Positions 12,374 to 21,650 of a stretch of DNA of 64,000 nt are shown in pieces. This DNA is from an uncultured Verrucomicrobiae bacterium (GTDB lineage Bacteria > Verrucomicrobiota > Verrucomicrobiia > Limisphaerales > UBA11358). Positions within the stretch are counted from its first letter, which is position 1, and each line of letters starts with the position of its first letter. Both the position numbers and the translations under genes were made by a program. The notes under the pieces were generated by a model. It saw only the letters and a list, made by a program, of their open reading frames with translations, was not told where the DNA came from and made no database searches. The DNA is taken from assembly GCA_963789055.1 (NCBI GenBank), contig CAWBJE010000001.1, positions 77,215 through 141,214 of the forward strand, written 5' to 3'.

Positions 12374-13006
12374 TTATGGATGTAGCCGGATGTAGGCGTT
12401 GACCTGTTTCTCGATCTCGTATTTCTGCATGTCGTAATCATTCGGCCATTCACTGGCGGCCTTCGCCTTGATCTGATAAAATGTTTCCGTCGGGACGCCT
12501 TCGGCGCCGACTGCCTTGATGAGCCAGTTGTACGCTTCGGTCTGTTTATTGATCTCGTAAACCTGCATGTCGTAATCACCAGGCCATTCTTTTTGAGCCT
12601 TGGCTCGAATGGTTTCTGCAACATTGTCAACTTCATGCTTTGCGGCTGTTTGATGCGCCAGTATTTCTTGCGCTGCCTCCGCAACGTCTCGCGCGATGGC
12701 CATTTGTTTCTCCCGTTCGGCAATCTTCTTATCGTTCTCCATCTGGTCGGCCTTATTCGCCTCGTCGGGATCGTAATTAAACTTCGCCTGCAAATCTGGC
12801 GGCAATTTCTCCAGCCGGATTGTTCCCGCCACCAAACCACCATTCGCGCGGTAAATGAGTTTGTTCGGTGCAACACTGACCACCTCGGCGTTGGTGACGT
12901 AAAAACCAACTGAGTTCGTGAAACTGACGATAATGGGGGCAGAATTAGTGTTTGTCTGAGCCGAGGTGAGACAAACCGAAGCCAGAAGGCAGAAGATGGC
13001 TTTCAT
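12374..13006 (-). CDS. Secreted hypothetical protein with an internal repeat
   Basis: Signal-peptide-like MKAIFCLLASVCLTSAQT. Duplicated unit I(R/K)AKA..EWP(G/N)DYDMQ.YEI.KQ..AY. Visibly lower GC than its surroundings. Confidence 0.55.
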   Translation of the reverse strand: MKAIFCLLASVCLTSAQTNTNSAPIIVSFTNSVGFYVTNAEVVSVAPNKLIYRANGGLVAGTIRLEKLPPDLQAKFNYDPDEANKADQMENDKKIAEREKQMAIARDVAEAAQEILAHQTAAKHEVDNVAETIRAKAQKEWPGDYDMQVYEINKQTEAYNWLIKAVGAEGVPTETFYQIKAKAASEWPNDYDMQKYEIEKQVNAYIRLHP

Positions 13007-13016
13007 GATTAACCTT

Positions 13017-13223
13017 TCATATCGCTGATGACTCTATGGAATCGTTTGGTTTGTGTTTGCAGGTCATCCGCTGTGCACTCCAATTTACCAACTGTTTTTT
13101 TACCGTTTCCCAATCCATGAATGTTTCGGTACCCGATCTGATTTTCGCCTCACGGTCGCGCAACACGTCTTCATGCCATGCCGGCGATTCCAATTGCGCG
13201 TCGTTGCGGCTTTCCGATTTCAT
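13017..13223 (-). CDS. Orphan addiction-module-component-like small protein
   Basis: 68 aa. SPAWHEDVLRDREAKIRSGTETFMDWETVKKQL resembles TIGR02574-type antitoxins. No toxin gene follows it. Its start overlaps the degT-like stop as ATGA. Confidence 0.45.
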   Translation of the reverse strand: MKSESRNDAQLESPAWHEDVLRDREAKIRSGTETFMDWETVKKQLVNWSAQRMTCKHKPNDSIESSAI

Positions 13224-14329
13224 TTCTTAAAGAAATCCTTGATGACGGCGACGACGCGCTGGATTTGCGGGTTGGTCAATTCCGGGAAAATCGGCAGGCT
13301 GAGACATTCGCGCGCGGCTTTTTCGGCAACGGGAAAATCGCCGGCCTTGTGGCCGAGACTGGTGTAGCACTTCTGCAGGTGCAACGGCAGCGGGTAATGC
13401 AGCGCGCAGCCGACGCCGTTGGCTTCGAGGTGCTTCTTCAAATCATCGCGCCGCGGATGGCGCACCACATAGAGATGATACACGCTTTCGGCCCAGGCGG
13501 CTTCGCGCGGCAGTTGCAGCGGCGTGTCCGCCAGCAGTTCATGGTAACGATGCGCCACGCGGCGGCGTTCCGCCGACCATTTGGCCAGGTGTTTCAGTTT
13601 CACGCCCAGCACGGCCCCCTGAATGCCTTCCATCCGGTAATTGTAGCCGACTTCGTCGTGATAATAACGCACGGTGGAGCCGTGCTCGCGCAGGGCGCGG
13701 GCGCGTTTGTCAAAAGCCGGGTTGTTGGTCAATAACGCGCCACCTTCGCCACAGGCACCGAGGTTTTTGCCGGGATAAAAGCTGAAGCAGGAAATCTCGC
13801 CGAACGTCCCAACCGTTTTGCCCTTGTATTTCGCGCCGTGCGATTGGGCGGTATCTTCGACGAGCGGCAATTTGTGTTTTTGGCAGATGGCCAGGATCGG
13901 GTCGAGGTCGAACGGATGGCCGTAGAGATGCACCGGCATTACGGCCCTGGTGCGCGGTGTGATGGCGCGTTCCAGCAGCTTCGGGTCGAGATTGAACGTG
14001 GCATCGTCCACGTCCACAAAAACCGGTTTGGCGCCGACGTAAGAAATCGCCCAGCTCGTGGCGACGAACGTGAAGGGCGTGGTGACGACCTCATCGCCGG
14101 GGCCGACGCCGAGCAGCAGCATGGCAATATGCAGCGCCGAGGTGCCGCTGTTGAAGCCGACACAATGCTGCGTTCCGATAAATCTGGCGAAGTCCTTTTC
14201 AAACTGCGCTACGTCCGGCCCGAGGCAGAACGAGCAGTTGTCAATTGTCCGCGCAATGGCGGCATCCAGTTCCTTCCGGAGTGGACGCAGTTGCGCCGGT
14301 AAATCGAGATAGGGAACTTTGTCGTCCAT
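13220..14329 (-). CDS. DegT/DnrJ/EryC1/StrS-family sugar aminotransferase
   Basis: 369 aa, intact. FEKDFARFIGTQHCVGFNSGTSALHIAMLLLGVGPGDEVVTTPFTFVAT ... SFYPGKNLGACGEGGAL. Confidence 0.85.
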   Translation of the reverse strand: MDDKVPYLDLPAQLRPLRKELDAAIARTIDNCSFCLGPDVAQFEKDFARFIGTQHCVGFNSGTSALHIAMLLLGVGPGDEVVTTPFTFVATSWAISYVGAKPVFVDVDDATFNLDPKLLERAITPRTRAVMPVHLYGHPFDLDPILAICQKHKLPLVEDTAQSHGAKYKGKTVGTFGEISCFSFYPGKNLGACGEGGALLTNNPAFDKRARALREHGSTVRYYHDEVGYNYRMEGIQGAVLGVKLKHLAKWSAERRRVAHRYHELLADTPLQLPREAAWAESVYHLYVVRHPRRDDLKKHLEANGVGCALHYPLPLHLQKCYTSLGHKAGDFPVAEKAARECLSLPIFPELTNPQIQRVVAVIKDFFKK

Positions 14330-14406
14330 GAGTTTTGTAATTTTTATCCACCTGTCCGGAACAGGCTAGCCGGAACGCGGCGGATTTACAATTCAAAATG
14401 CTCGTG

Positions 14407-15935
14407 TGTCAAAACTCTTTAGAAATGTCCCCTGGTTAACTCACGAGAGAATGTCCCCTTTGTTGGTTGTTGTTCCTTGCACTCTTTCCCCGGCTGGGGT
14501 TGCGGGACGCAGGGAGGCCGGAGCGTAGCGGAGGCCGACCGGAGGCCCGCAACCCCAGCCGCTCCGCCCGCCTGCTCGCCTTGACCCCACGCCAATACTT
14601 CCGCCCCACACCCATCCCAAACTGCCGCCACAGATGATTCGCCGCCGGCGGCAGTGCCTCGCGCCGGACCTTCACCAGCTTGGCTTTCACTCGCCGGGGC
14701 CGCCCGGGCAGAGGGCGCCACTTCAGTTTCCCGCCCCGATACACCAACTGCACCCGCCCATCCCGCAGCGTCCGCACGATCACCTTGCGCCGCACCAGAC
14801 TCAACGCCTCATGTTGCCGGTCCAGTTGATACCACTGCCCCGCACAAGCCACCGTCCAGTCGCCTTGCACCACCCGCTCCTCCTCCCAGCTCAACACTTC
14901 GTCCAACTCCCGGGGCACCGCCCGATGCACGTCGGTGGAACTGGCCGCCTCCACGTTGAACTTCCGGTTGAACGCCGACAGATATGTCTCCGCCAGAAAG
15001 CCGTTGGCGCTTTCCAGATCGCTGATCCCCGCCAGGCGCATTGCTTTGACCAGCCGGTCCTGGAGCACGCCGTTCATCCGTTCCACCCGCCCTTTGGCTT
15101 GCGGGCTGTTGGCCAGAATCAGTTCCACCGCCAGTGTTTCCATCGCCCGCCCAAACTGCGTTTGCGGTTCCTGGCCCGCCAGTTGTTCGGCCACGCTGCC
15201 CAACCCTTCGCACCGGTAAATGCTGTCCCGATCCACATACAGACTGGCGGGCAATCCGTGGCGGCGCACCCAACCCGCGAACACGTCATAGCTGGCACGC
15301 GTCGTCTCTTCCTCGAAAAACTGCGCCCACAACCGCCCCGTCGCATCGTCCACCATCACCATCAGCACGCACTTGGCCCGCCGCCCTTCGAACCAGTCGT
15401 GGTGCGAACCATCCAGTTGCACCATCGCTCCCAGGCACGGCTTGCGCTCCCGCCACTGCCGATGCTTTTGCCGCCGCCGGCGCACCGGGTGCTTGCCCTC
15501 CGCCAGCCGCCAGCGCCGCAACGTCTCGTGATCCACCACCAGTCCTTCCTTCGCCAGTTGCTCGGCCATCAGCGTCGGGCCGAAGTCGGCGTAACGTTCC
15601 TCGGCATAGCGCGCCAGCGCCACCGCTCGCAGTTGGGGCGGCTTGCGCCGCGCGCTGGGTTGACCGCGCAGCCGATGCACCAAGCCCGCGTCGCCCTCGT
15701 CCTGATAGCGTCGCCAGACCCGCTTGCTCTGGCGGTAACACACTCCCATCAGTTCGCCCGCCTGCACCAGCGTCAGTTCCTGCCGCTTTACGCCCGTCAT
15801 GATCGTCAGCCGATCCCGTTCCTTCCGACTCATTGTTAATGTCTCCATGTTGTGGCCGGGGTTGCTACCGCAACCCCGGCCAAAAGGGGACATTCTTATC
15901 GAGTTATCATGGGGACATTCTCATGGAGTTCCGAC
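14407..15935 (-). mobile_element. Complete IS element, ISNCY/IS1202-group-like, flanked by a 16-bp direct repeat
   Basis: An identical ATTCAAAATGCTCGTG sits at 14391-14406 and 15936-15951. Imperfect terminal inverted repeats (about 40 nt) each carry two AATGTCCCC boxes. One rve-type transposase ORF lies inside. Confidence 0.85.
14436..15848 (-). CDS. DDE (rve) transposase with an N-terminal HTH
   Basis: METLTMSRKERDRLTIMTGVKRQELTLVQAGELMGVCYRQSKRVWRRYQDEGDAGLVHRLRGQPS ... MVQLDGSHHDWF ... VDRDSIY ... SPQAKGRVERMNG. Intact. Track ORF is 14436-15893. Confidence 0.85.
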   Translation of the reverse strand: METLTMSRKERDRLTIMTGVKRQELTLVQAGELMGVCYRQSKRVWRRYQDEGDAGLVHRLRGQPSARRKPPQLRAVALARYAEERYADFGPTLMAEQLAKEGLVVDHETLRRWRLAEGKHPVRRRRQKHRQWRERKPCLGAMVQLDGSHHDWFEGRRAKCVLMVMVDDATGRLWAQFFEEETTRASYDVFAGWVRRHGLPASLYVDRDSIYRCEGLGSVAEQLAGQEPQTQFGRAMETLAVELILANSPQAKGRVERMNGVLQDRLVKAMRLAGISDLESANGFLAETYLSAFNRKFNVEAASSTDVHRAVPRELDEVLSWEEERVVQGDWTVACAGQWYQLDRQHEALSLVRRKVIVRTLRDGRVQLVYRGGKLKWRPLPGRPRRVKAKLVKVRREALPPAANHLWRQFGMGVGRKYWRGVKASRRAERLGLRASGRPPLRSGLPASRNPSRGKSARNNNQQRGHSLVS

Positions 15936-15967
15936 ATTCAAAATGCTCGTGGTTCGGATGGCTTATT

Positions 15968-16032
15968 GTAGCCGCCGAGGTAACGAGGCGGATGCTTCAC
16001 TCCACCTTCCGCCTCCTCACGTCGGCGGCTAC
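15968..16032. repeat. 65-nt nested palindromic element (GTAG...CTAC type)
   Basis: Outer inverted repeat GTAGCCGCCGA/TCGGCGGCTAC, inner GAGGCGG/CCGCCTC. It shares the GAGGTAACGAG box and the CCTTCCGCCT box with the element inside ogt (34705-34806). Confidence 0.65.
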
Positions 16033-16045
16033 GACCGCAGAATGT

Positions 16046-17877
16046 TCAACCTTGGAACTGGAGTTCGTAGAGTTTCTGGTAAACGCCCCCGCGCCGGACC
16101 AAGTCCGCATGTTTGCCCGTTTCAACAATCCGGCCCTGGTCCAGCACCACAATCATGTCCGCGTGCAGAATGGTTGAGAGCCGGTGCGCGATGCAAATCG
16201 TCGTGCGGCCCTTCATCAATTCGTCGAGCGCGAATTGCACGGCGCGTTCGGATTCGGTGTCGAGCGCGCTGGTGGCCTCGTCCAGAATCAGAATCGGCGC
16301 ATTCTTCAAAACCGCGCGGGCGATGGCGAGGCGCTGGCGCTGGCCGCCGGAAAGCGAAACGCCTTTTTCGCCGATGACGGCGTCGAAGCCTTCCGGTTTT
16401 TGCATGATGAAATTCGTGGGCGTAGGCGTGTTTGGCGGCGGCGACGATTTCCTCGTTCGTCGCGCCGAGGCGGCCCAGCTCGATGTTCCGGCGGACGGTG
16501 TCGTTGAACAGGATGTTTTCCTGCGCGACGACGGCGATTTGATTCCGCAGGTCGCGCGTGGAAACATCGCGCAAATCCACGCCGCCGATTTTGATCGTGC
16601 CACGCACGGGGTCGTAAAAACGCAGGAGCAAATTGGCCAGCGTGGTTTTGCCGGAGCCACTGGCGCCAACGAGTGCGACGAGTTGGCCGGCTTTGACGGT
16701 GAGGTTGATATTGTGCAGGACCGGTTTTTCGCCGTAATTGAAATCGAGGTCTTCAAACACGATGTCAGCTTGGTCCGCATGAAGCATTTTGGGCGCGACC
16801 GGTTCGGGCACGGAATTTTTCAGGGCGAGCAGCTCAAAGACGCGTTCGCTGGCGGCGCGGGCCTGGTGCAAGCTGGTTATGCAGCCGCGTGAACGCCTTG
16901 ACGGGCGGATAAATCATCACAACGGCGAGGATAAACATGAAAAAATCCGACGCCTTGGGCCGCTGGTCGGCCGGCAGGTTCTGCACATAAAAGAAAACCA
17001 GCGCGATCCCCGCAGCCCCGAATAATTCCATGAGCTGGCTGGGAATTTCGTTGGCGCGGATGACGCGCATGAGCTGGCTGACGTATTTTTTGGTCGTGGC
17101 CTTGAATTGTTCTACGACGGTTGCTTCCAGGTTGTAGGCTTTGATGACGCGGCTGCCGGTAAAGGATTCGTGCATGAGATTGGTCAGCTCGGCGTTGTAC
17201 TCCTGAACCGCGCGGGCGGATTTGCGAACCTTGCGTCCATAAATGATGATCGGCACGATGCACACGGGGAAAACCACGATGGACACCAGCGTTAACGTGG
17301 GCTGGAGGATCAGCAGGACGACGAGCGTGCAAAGGATGGTAACCGGGTCTTTGACAGCGGAGGCAAATGAACCGCCGATGATGTTGTAAAGCACCTGGGT
17401 GTCATTGGTGATGCGCGCAATCAAATCGCCGGTGCTGGCGCGGTTGAAAAATCCGAGCGAAAGATTTTGCAGGTGACCGAACAGTTTTGTGCGAATATCG
17501 GCGATGGCGTGCATGGCCGACCAGTTCGTCAGATAAACACTCAAGTAGGACAACGTGTTGCGGAGCAGCACGATGGCGGGAATGGCGCCCGCCACCAGCG
17601 CCCAGCCCAGTTGCGAGGTGGGGGCGGGCAATTCCGGCGTCGCCGAGACCAGCCGGTCCGTGAAGGGATGAATCCAGTGCGGTGTCTTCGCCAGATGTTT
17701 GGCGAGCTGTTCGTGGATATTGGTCGAGCCGGTGAAAATCAGGTCCATAACCACCTTGGCGGCACCCAGCAGCGCGCCATTGGTCAGGGCGTACAGAATG
17801 CCACAGACCAGTCCCAGAAAAAACCGCAGCCGATAAGGCCGGACAAACGTCCAAAGTTTGCGGAGGAACGCAATCAT
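16046..17877 (-). pseudogene. msbA: ABC transporter, fused permease/ATPase, MsbA-like; 2 frame breaks as assembled
   Basis: Transmembrane domain in 16834-17877. Walker [10 protein letters not shown] in 16122-16871. Signature [14 protein letters not shown] and Walker [13 protein letters not shown] in 16046-16780. Confidence 0.8.
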
Positions 17878-18021
17878 TGAGGCGGAAATTGTGTCGGTTT
17901 GCCGCGCCCGACGCGAGAACTATTCCCGCGCCTCTGGCGGAAAAATCCTTTTGACAAAAGCTTGTCAGACCCGCGACCAACCGGGAAAATTTGCGCCAAA
18001 ACCGACCAACGCCCGAAAAGC

Positions 18022-18948
18022 ATGCCATCAGTTGATCATAAACTTCTCGTTGTCAGCCTGCGAACCGGACGGCTGGCCAACCGGCTGGTGCTGTTCGCGA
18101 ATGTTATTGGCTTCGCCGCCGAACACGGCCATCGGGTTGCCAATGTGGCGTTTCATTCATTTGCCCATCTTTTTGAGAACACCAGCCGGGACATTTATTG
18201 CCGTTATCCCGTCCCCCGGCACCGGAGCGTGCTTGACGTGATTCCCGGTGCGGCACCCGCCATCCGCAAGGCGCGAATTTTCTACCACGTTATCCGGCGC
18301 ATCAGTGAATTGAACGGTCATTGTCCCATTCTGGGCAGGAGCGCAATCACCATCCGGGAAGTTCCCCGGCAGATTATCTTGCTGGATTCGCCGGAGGCGC
18401 AAACCCGGATAGCCGATGCCCGGGTTGTGTTTGTGCACGGCTGGTGGATCCGTGCCCCCGAATCCGTGCGGCGCCGGGCAAAAATGATCCGCGAATATTT
18501 CGAGCCAATACCGGAGGTTGAACATCCTGCCCGGGAAGCGGTAGCCCGCCTGCGGCAACAGGCGGACATCGTTGCCGGCGTGCACATCCGCCAGGGCGAC
18601 TATCGCCGCTGGAGAAATGGCCAGTATTTTTTCCCGGTTTCACGATATGCGGCGTGGATGCGTGAATTTACGGAGCAATTTCCGGGGAAAAAGACAGCGT
18701 TCCTGGTTTGCAGCGACGAACCGCGGGAACCGGGTGAATTTGCCGGATTGACGGTGGGCTTCGGCCCGGGATTCCCGGCGGGCGACCTCTTTGCCCTGGC
18801 CCGGTGTGACTATGTGTTTGGTCCCTACAGCACTTTTTCGCAATGGGCATCTTTCCACGGGGAAAAGCCGCTTTTCCAATTCTGTCACACCGGCGACCGG
18901 ATCGATCTGGGAAAATTTCACATCTCCGGCCTGGATGAATCTCCATGA
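18022..18948 (+). CDS. Putative glycosyltransferase with an HxRxGDY motif (GT11 fucosyltransferase-like)
   Basis: Track ORF is 17899-18948; likely start ATG 18022 (MPSVDHKLLVVSL). Contains VAGVHIRQGDYRRW, resembling motif I of alpha-1,2-fucosyltransferases. Assignment is tentative. Confidence 0.45.
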   Translation: MPSVDHKLLVVSLRTGRLANRLVLFANVIGFAAEHGHRVANVAFHSFAHLFENTSRDIYCRYPVPRHRSVLDVIPGAAPAIRKARIFYHVIRRISELNGHCPILGRSAITIREVPRQIILLDSPEAQTRIADARVVFVHGWWIRAPESVRRRAKMIREYFEPIPEVEHPAREAVARLRQQADIVAGVHIRQGDYRRWRNGQYFFPVSRYAAWMREFTEQFPGKKTAFLVCSDEPREPGEFAGLTVGFGPGFPAGDLFALARCDYVFGPYSTFSQWASFHGEKPLFQFCHTGDRIDLGKFHISGLDESP

Positions 18949-19083
18949 ACGCGAAGGAGAGAACCGGCGACGCGATGACCGATTCATCATTCGATTATGG
19001 GTTGCCGGGAGGTCTGCCGTCCACCGTCCGGTTGGTTTCCGGATTGCGCGGCGCGGCTGTGCCGGTTAGGCTGGATACGCCGT

Positions 19084-19893
19084 ATGCGCCTCAATGAATT
19101 CTTCTACCTGATGGGCTTTCGGCCCCGTACCAGGATCTACGGCCATCGGATTCAAATAATCGACCTGCCGCGCGATGGCCGGGTGGAATACGCGCGGTGG
19201 CTCGCTCCGAAGGCCCGCGACCTTTCACTTCAGCAGGCCGAAGTAGATGAACTCCGCACATTTATTCGCGCCGGCGACGTGGCTGTTGACATCGGCGCGG
19301 CTGTCGGGGACAGCACAATTCCAATCGCCCTGGCCTGCGGCGGCAGCGGGGCCGTCATGGCCTTTGAGCCAAACCCCTTTACTTTCGCCATCCTGGGCGC
19401 CAATGCGACACTCAATCCCGGTCGCATGAATATCATCCCCATCCCTTATGCGGCAACCGATTCCGATGGCACCTTTACCTTCGACTACGGTGATCCGTGG
19501 TTCGCCAACGGAGGGGACCACACCGGCGTGTCCATCTGGCGCCACGCCAGCGCTTTCAGCATTCCGGTCGAGGGGCGGCGGGTTGAACCGATCATCCGCG
19601 CGCGGTTCGGTGACCGGCTGGGACGGCTTCGTTACATCAAGGTTGATGTGGAGGGCCACGACCTGGCGGTTCTGCGCTCGCTGGAAGGACTGATTCGGGA
19701 GTCCCGACCGTTCATCAAATCAGAAGTGGGCAAATTCGCATCGGCCGATGATCGGGTGGCCATGTACCGGCTTCTGGCCGGCCACCGCTATACCGTCAGG
19801 CGGTCGGAGAAAGGCACCTTGTTCGGGCCGGTGTTGACGGAGGCAGATATGCTCCCGGACCGGGCCTTCAATATCTTCTCCGTCCCGAACTGA
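19084..19893 (+). CDS. FkbM-family methyltransferase
   Basis: VAVDIGAAVGDSTIPIAL ... MAFEPNPFTFAIL ... LRYIKVDVEGHDLAVLRSL. Track ORF is 18997-19893; start chosen at ATG 19084. Confidence 0.75.
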   Translation: MRLNEFFYLMGFRPRTRIYGHRIQIIDLPRDGRVEYARWLAPKARDLSLQQAEVDELRTFIRAGDVAVDIGAAVGDSTIPIALACGGSGAVMAFEPNPFTFAILGANATLNPGRMNIIPIPYAATDSDGTFTFDYGDPWFANGGDHTGVSIWRHASAFSIPVEGRRVEPIIRARFGDRLGRLRYIKVDVEGHDLAVLRSLEGLIRESRPFIKSEVGKFASADDRVAMYRLLAGHRYTVRRSEKGTLFGPVLTEADMLPDRAFNIFSVPN

Positions 19894-19946
19894 GCGGGAC
19901 AAGACCCGCTATCGGCGTAGAGCTGGGGATCTGTTTTTGATCGCCT

Positions 19947-20843
19947 ATGGCCGGCGTCGAGATTTCTTTTGCGGGTTGCCGGAAGGGTGCGTTAACCTGC
20001 GCGTGGTTTCGCCGCCTTTCGGGGTGGCGAGCCCGATTAAATCCAGACACCGTGACGACCGACCGACGATTACCGATTTCCGTCTGCATGATTGCCGGCG
20101 CTGAAGCGTCCCGCATCGGCCGCGCCCTCGACAGTGTCGCCGGCTGGACCAGTGAAATCATCGTTGTCCTCAACGACGATGTGACTGACGGCACGGACAA
20201 AATCGCCGAATCGGCCGGCGCGAAGGTTTTCCGCGAACCGTGGAAAGGATACCGGCGGCAAAAGAATTCCGCGGCGCAAAAGGCAAGCCAGGAATGGATT
20301 CTGGGTTTGGATGCCGATGAAGCCATCTCGGCCGGGTTGCGTGAGGAGATTCAACGCTTATTCGCCGACGGGAAGAGAACCGGGCAGTTTGCGGCGTTCA
20401 GCTTCCCGCGATTAAGCTGGTACTGTGGACGCTGGATCCGGCACGGCGATTGGTATCCGGATCGCAGCACCCGCCTTTGGCGCGCCGGGCAGGCCGAGTG
20501 GGGAGGTGGCGACATCCACGAAAAGCTATTGGCCCACGGACCGGTGGGCAAACTCCACGCCGACCTGTTTCATTACACCCGGACATCCATCAACCACCAT
20601 TTGCAGAAAATCATTCCTTTCAGCGACGAGTTTATCCGCCAACACGCGGCCGACGGGCGCCGGGCCGGCATGGGCGACCTGGTTGTTCGACCGGTTTGGC
20701 GCTTTTTGCGGGCTTATTTTTTCCGCCTTGGATTCCTGGATGGCTGGCAGGGTTATTACATCGCCTGTCATAACGCGTTCTCGACCGTGGTGCGTTACGC
20801 CAAAATCCGCGAGGCGGGCCAGCGGCCAAAAAATCCGCCGTGA
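19947..20843 (+). CDS. Family 2 glycosyltransferase (LPS-core type)
   Basis: ISVCMIAGAEASRIGRALDSVAGWTSEIIVVLNDDVTDGT ... WILGLDADEAIS. The true start may be internal. Confidence 0.75.
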   Translation: MAGVEISFAGCRKGALTCAWFRRLSGWRARLNPDTVTTDRRLPISVCMIAGAEASRIGRALDSVAGWTSEIIVVLNDDVTDGTDKIAESAGAKVFREPWKGYRRQKNSAAQKASQEWILGLDADEAISAGLREEIQRLFADGKRTGQFAAFSFPRLSWYCGRWIRHGDWYPDRSTRLWRAGQAEWGGGDIHEKLLAHGPVGKLHADLFHYTRTSINHHLQKIIPFSDEFIRQHAADGRRAGMGDLVVRPVWRFLRAYFFRLGFLDGWQGYYIACHNAFSTVVRYAKIREAGQRPKNPP

Positions 20844-21622
20844 AACTCACCCTCATTATCAGTACTTTCGAGCAACCAACGTCGCTGGGCAAGGCGTTGC
20901 GCGGAGTGGCGCGGCAGCAGCGCCCGCCCGATGAAGTTTTCATTTGTGACGATGGTTCGCGTGATGAAACGCGAAGCCTCATAGACCGGTGGCGGAGCGA
21001 GGTTGGATTTCCGGTTTACCACCTTTGGCACCCGCATGACGGCTTTCGTAAAACCATTCTGTTGAACCGGGCAGTCGCCGCGGCCAAAGGCGATTACCTG
21101 GTATTTATGGATGGTGATTGCGTTCCCCATGGGAAACATCTTGCCGATCATGAACGGCTTGCCGAACACGGTTTTTGGGTGCAAGGCCGCCGTTGTTATG
21201 TGAAAGAGCCATTCGTCCCGCAATTCGAGTTGGGAACGACTCCGGTCTGGCGTTGGATGCTCGCGGGACGAATCGGCGGCGCAAACAAAGGCGTGCGACT
21301 CCCGCGGCCGATTGTCTTTCGTAATCAAAAACAGCGCGGTATCATCGGCTGCAACATGGCCTTTTGGCGCGACGACGTCGTGGCGGTGAACGGCTTTGAC
21401 GAAAGCCTGCGGGGACGTGGTATCGGGCCGGATTCCGACCTGGGCACCCGCGTTTATAATCTGGGCCGGCGGCGCAAATTTGTGTACGCCCAGGCGGTCG
21501 TTTTTCATCTGAATCATCCGGTGATGCCGCGCGACAATCTGGCCGCCAAGAAGGCGCAACTGGAGGACACCATCCGTACCGGCAAAACCCGATGCGAACA
21601 CGGCTTGCAACAATACCTTTGA
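20840..21622 (+). CDS. Family 2 glycosyltransferase
   Basis: MKLTLIISTFEQPTSLGKAL ... DEVFICDDGSRDET ... YLVFMDGDCVP. 4-nt overlap with the upstream gene. Confidence 0.8.
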   Translation: MKLTLIISTFEQPTSLGKALRGVARQQRPPDEVFICDDGSRDETRSLIDRWRSEVGFPVYHLWHPHDGFRKTILLNRAVAAAKGDYLVFMDGDCVPHGKHLADHERLAEHGFWVQGRRCYVKEPFVPQFELGTTPVWRWMLAGRIGGANKGVRLPRPIVFRNQKQRGIIGCNMAFWRDDVVAVNGFDESLRGRGIGPDSDLGTRVYNLGRRRKFVYAQAVVFHLNHPVMPRDNLAAKKAQLEDTIRTGKTRCEHGLQQYL

Positions 21623-21650
21623 CGCAACCTGATAAAGCCCGCGGTACCCG

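Noticed and set aside
14634-15839. A 401-aa + strand ORF, and similar long ORFs at 23428-24465 (+), 24457-25530 (-), 37729-38838 (+), 50962-52062 (+), 52257-53363 (+), 59040-60068 (+) and 61968-63272 (+).
   Set aside because: Each lies wholly antisense to a gene with clear family signatures (transposase, GT2, WecE, amidase, GH57, TIM barrel, GT4, HtrA). Their products are Arg/Ala/Pro/Gly-rich with no motifs. These are typical shadow ORFs of high-GC DNA.
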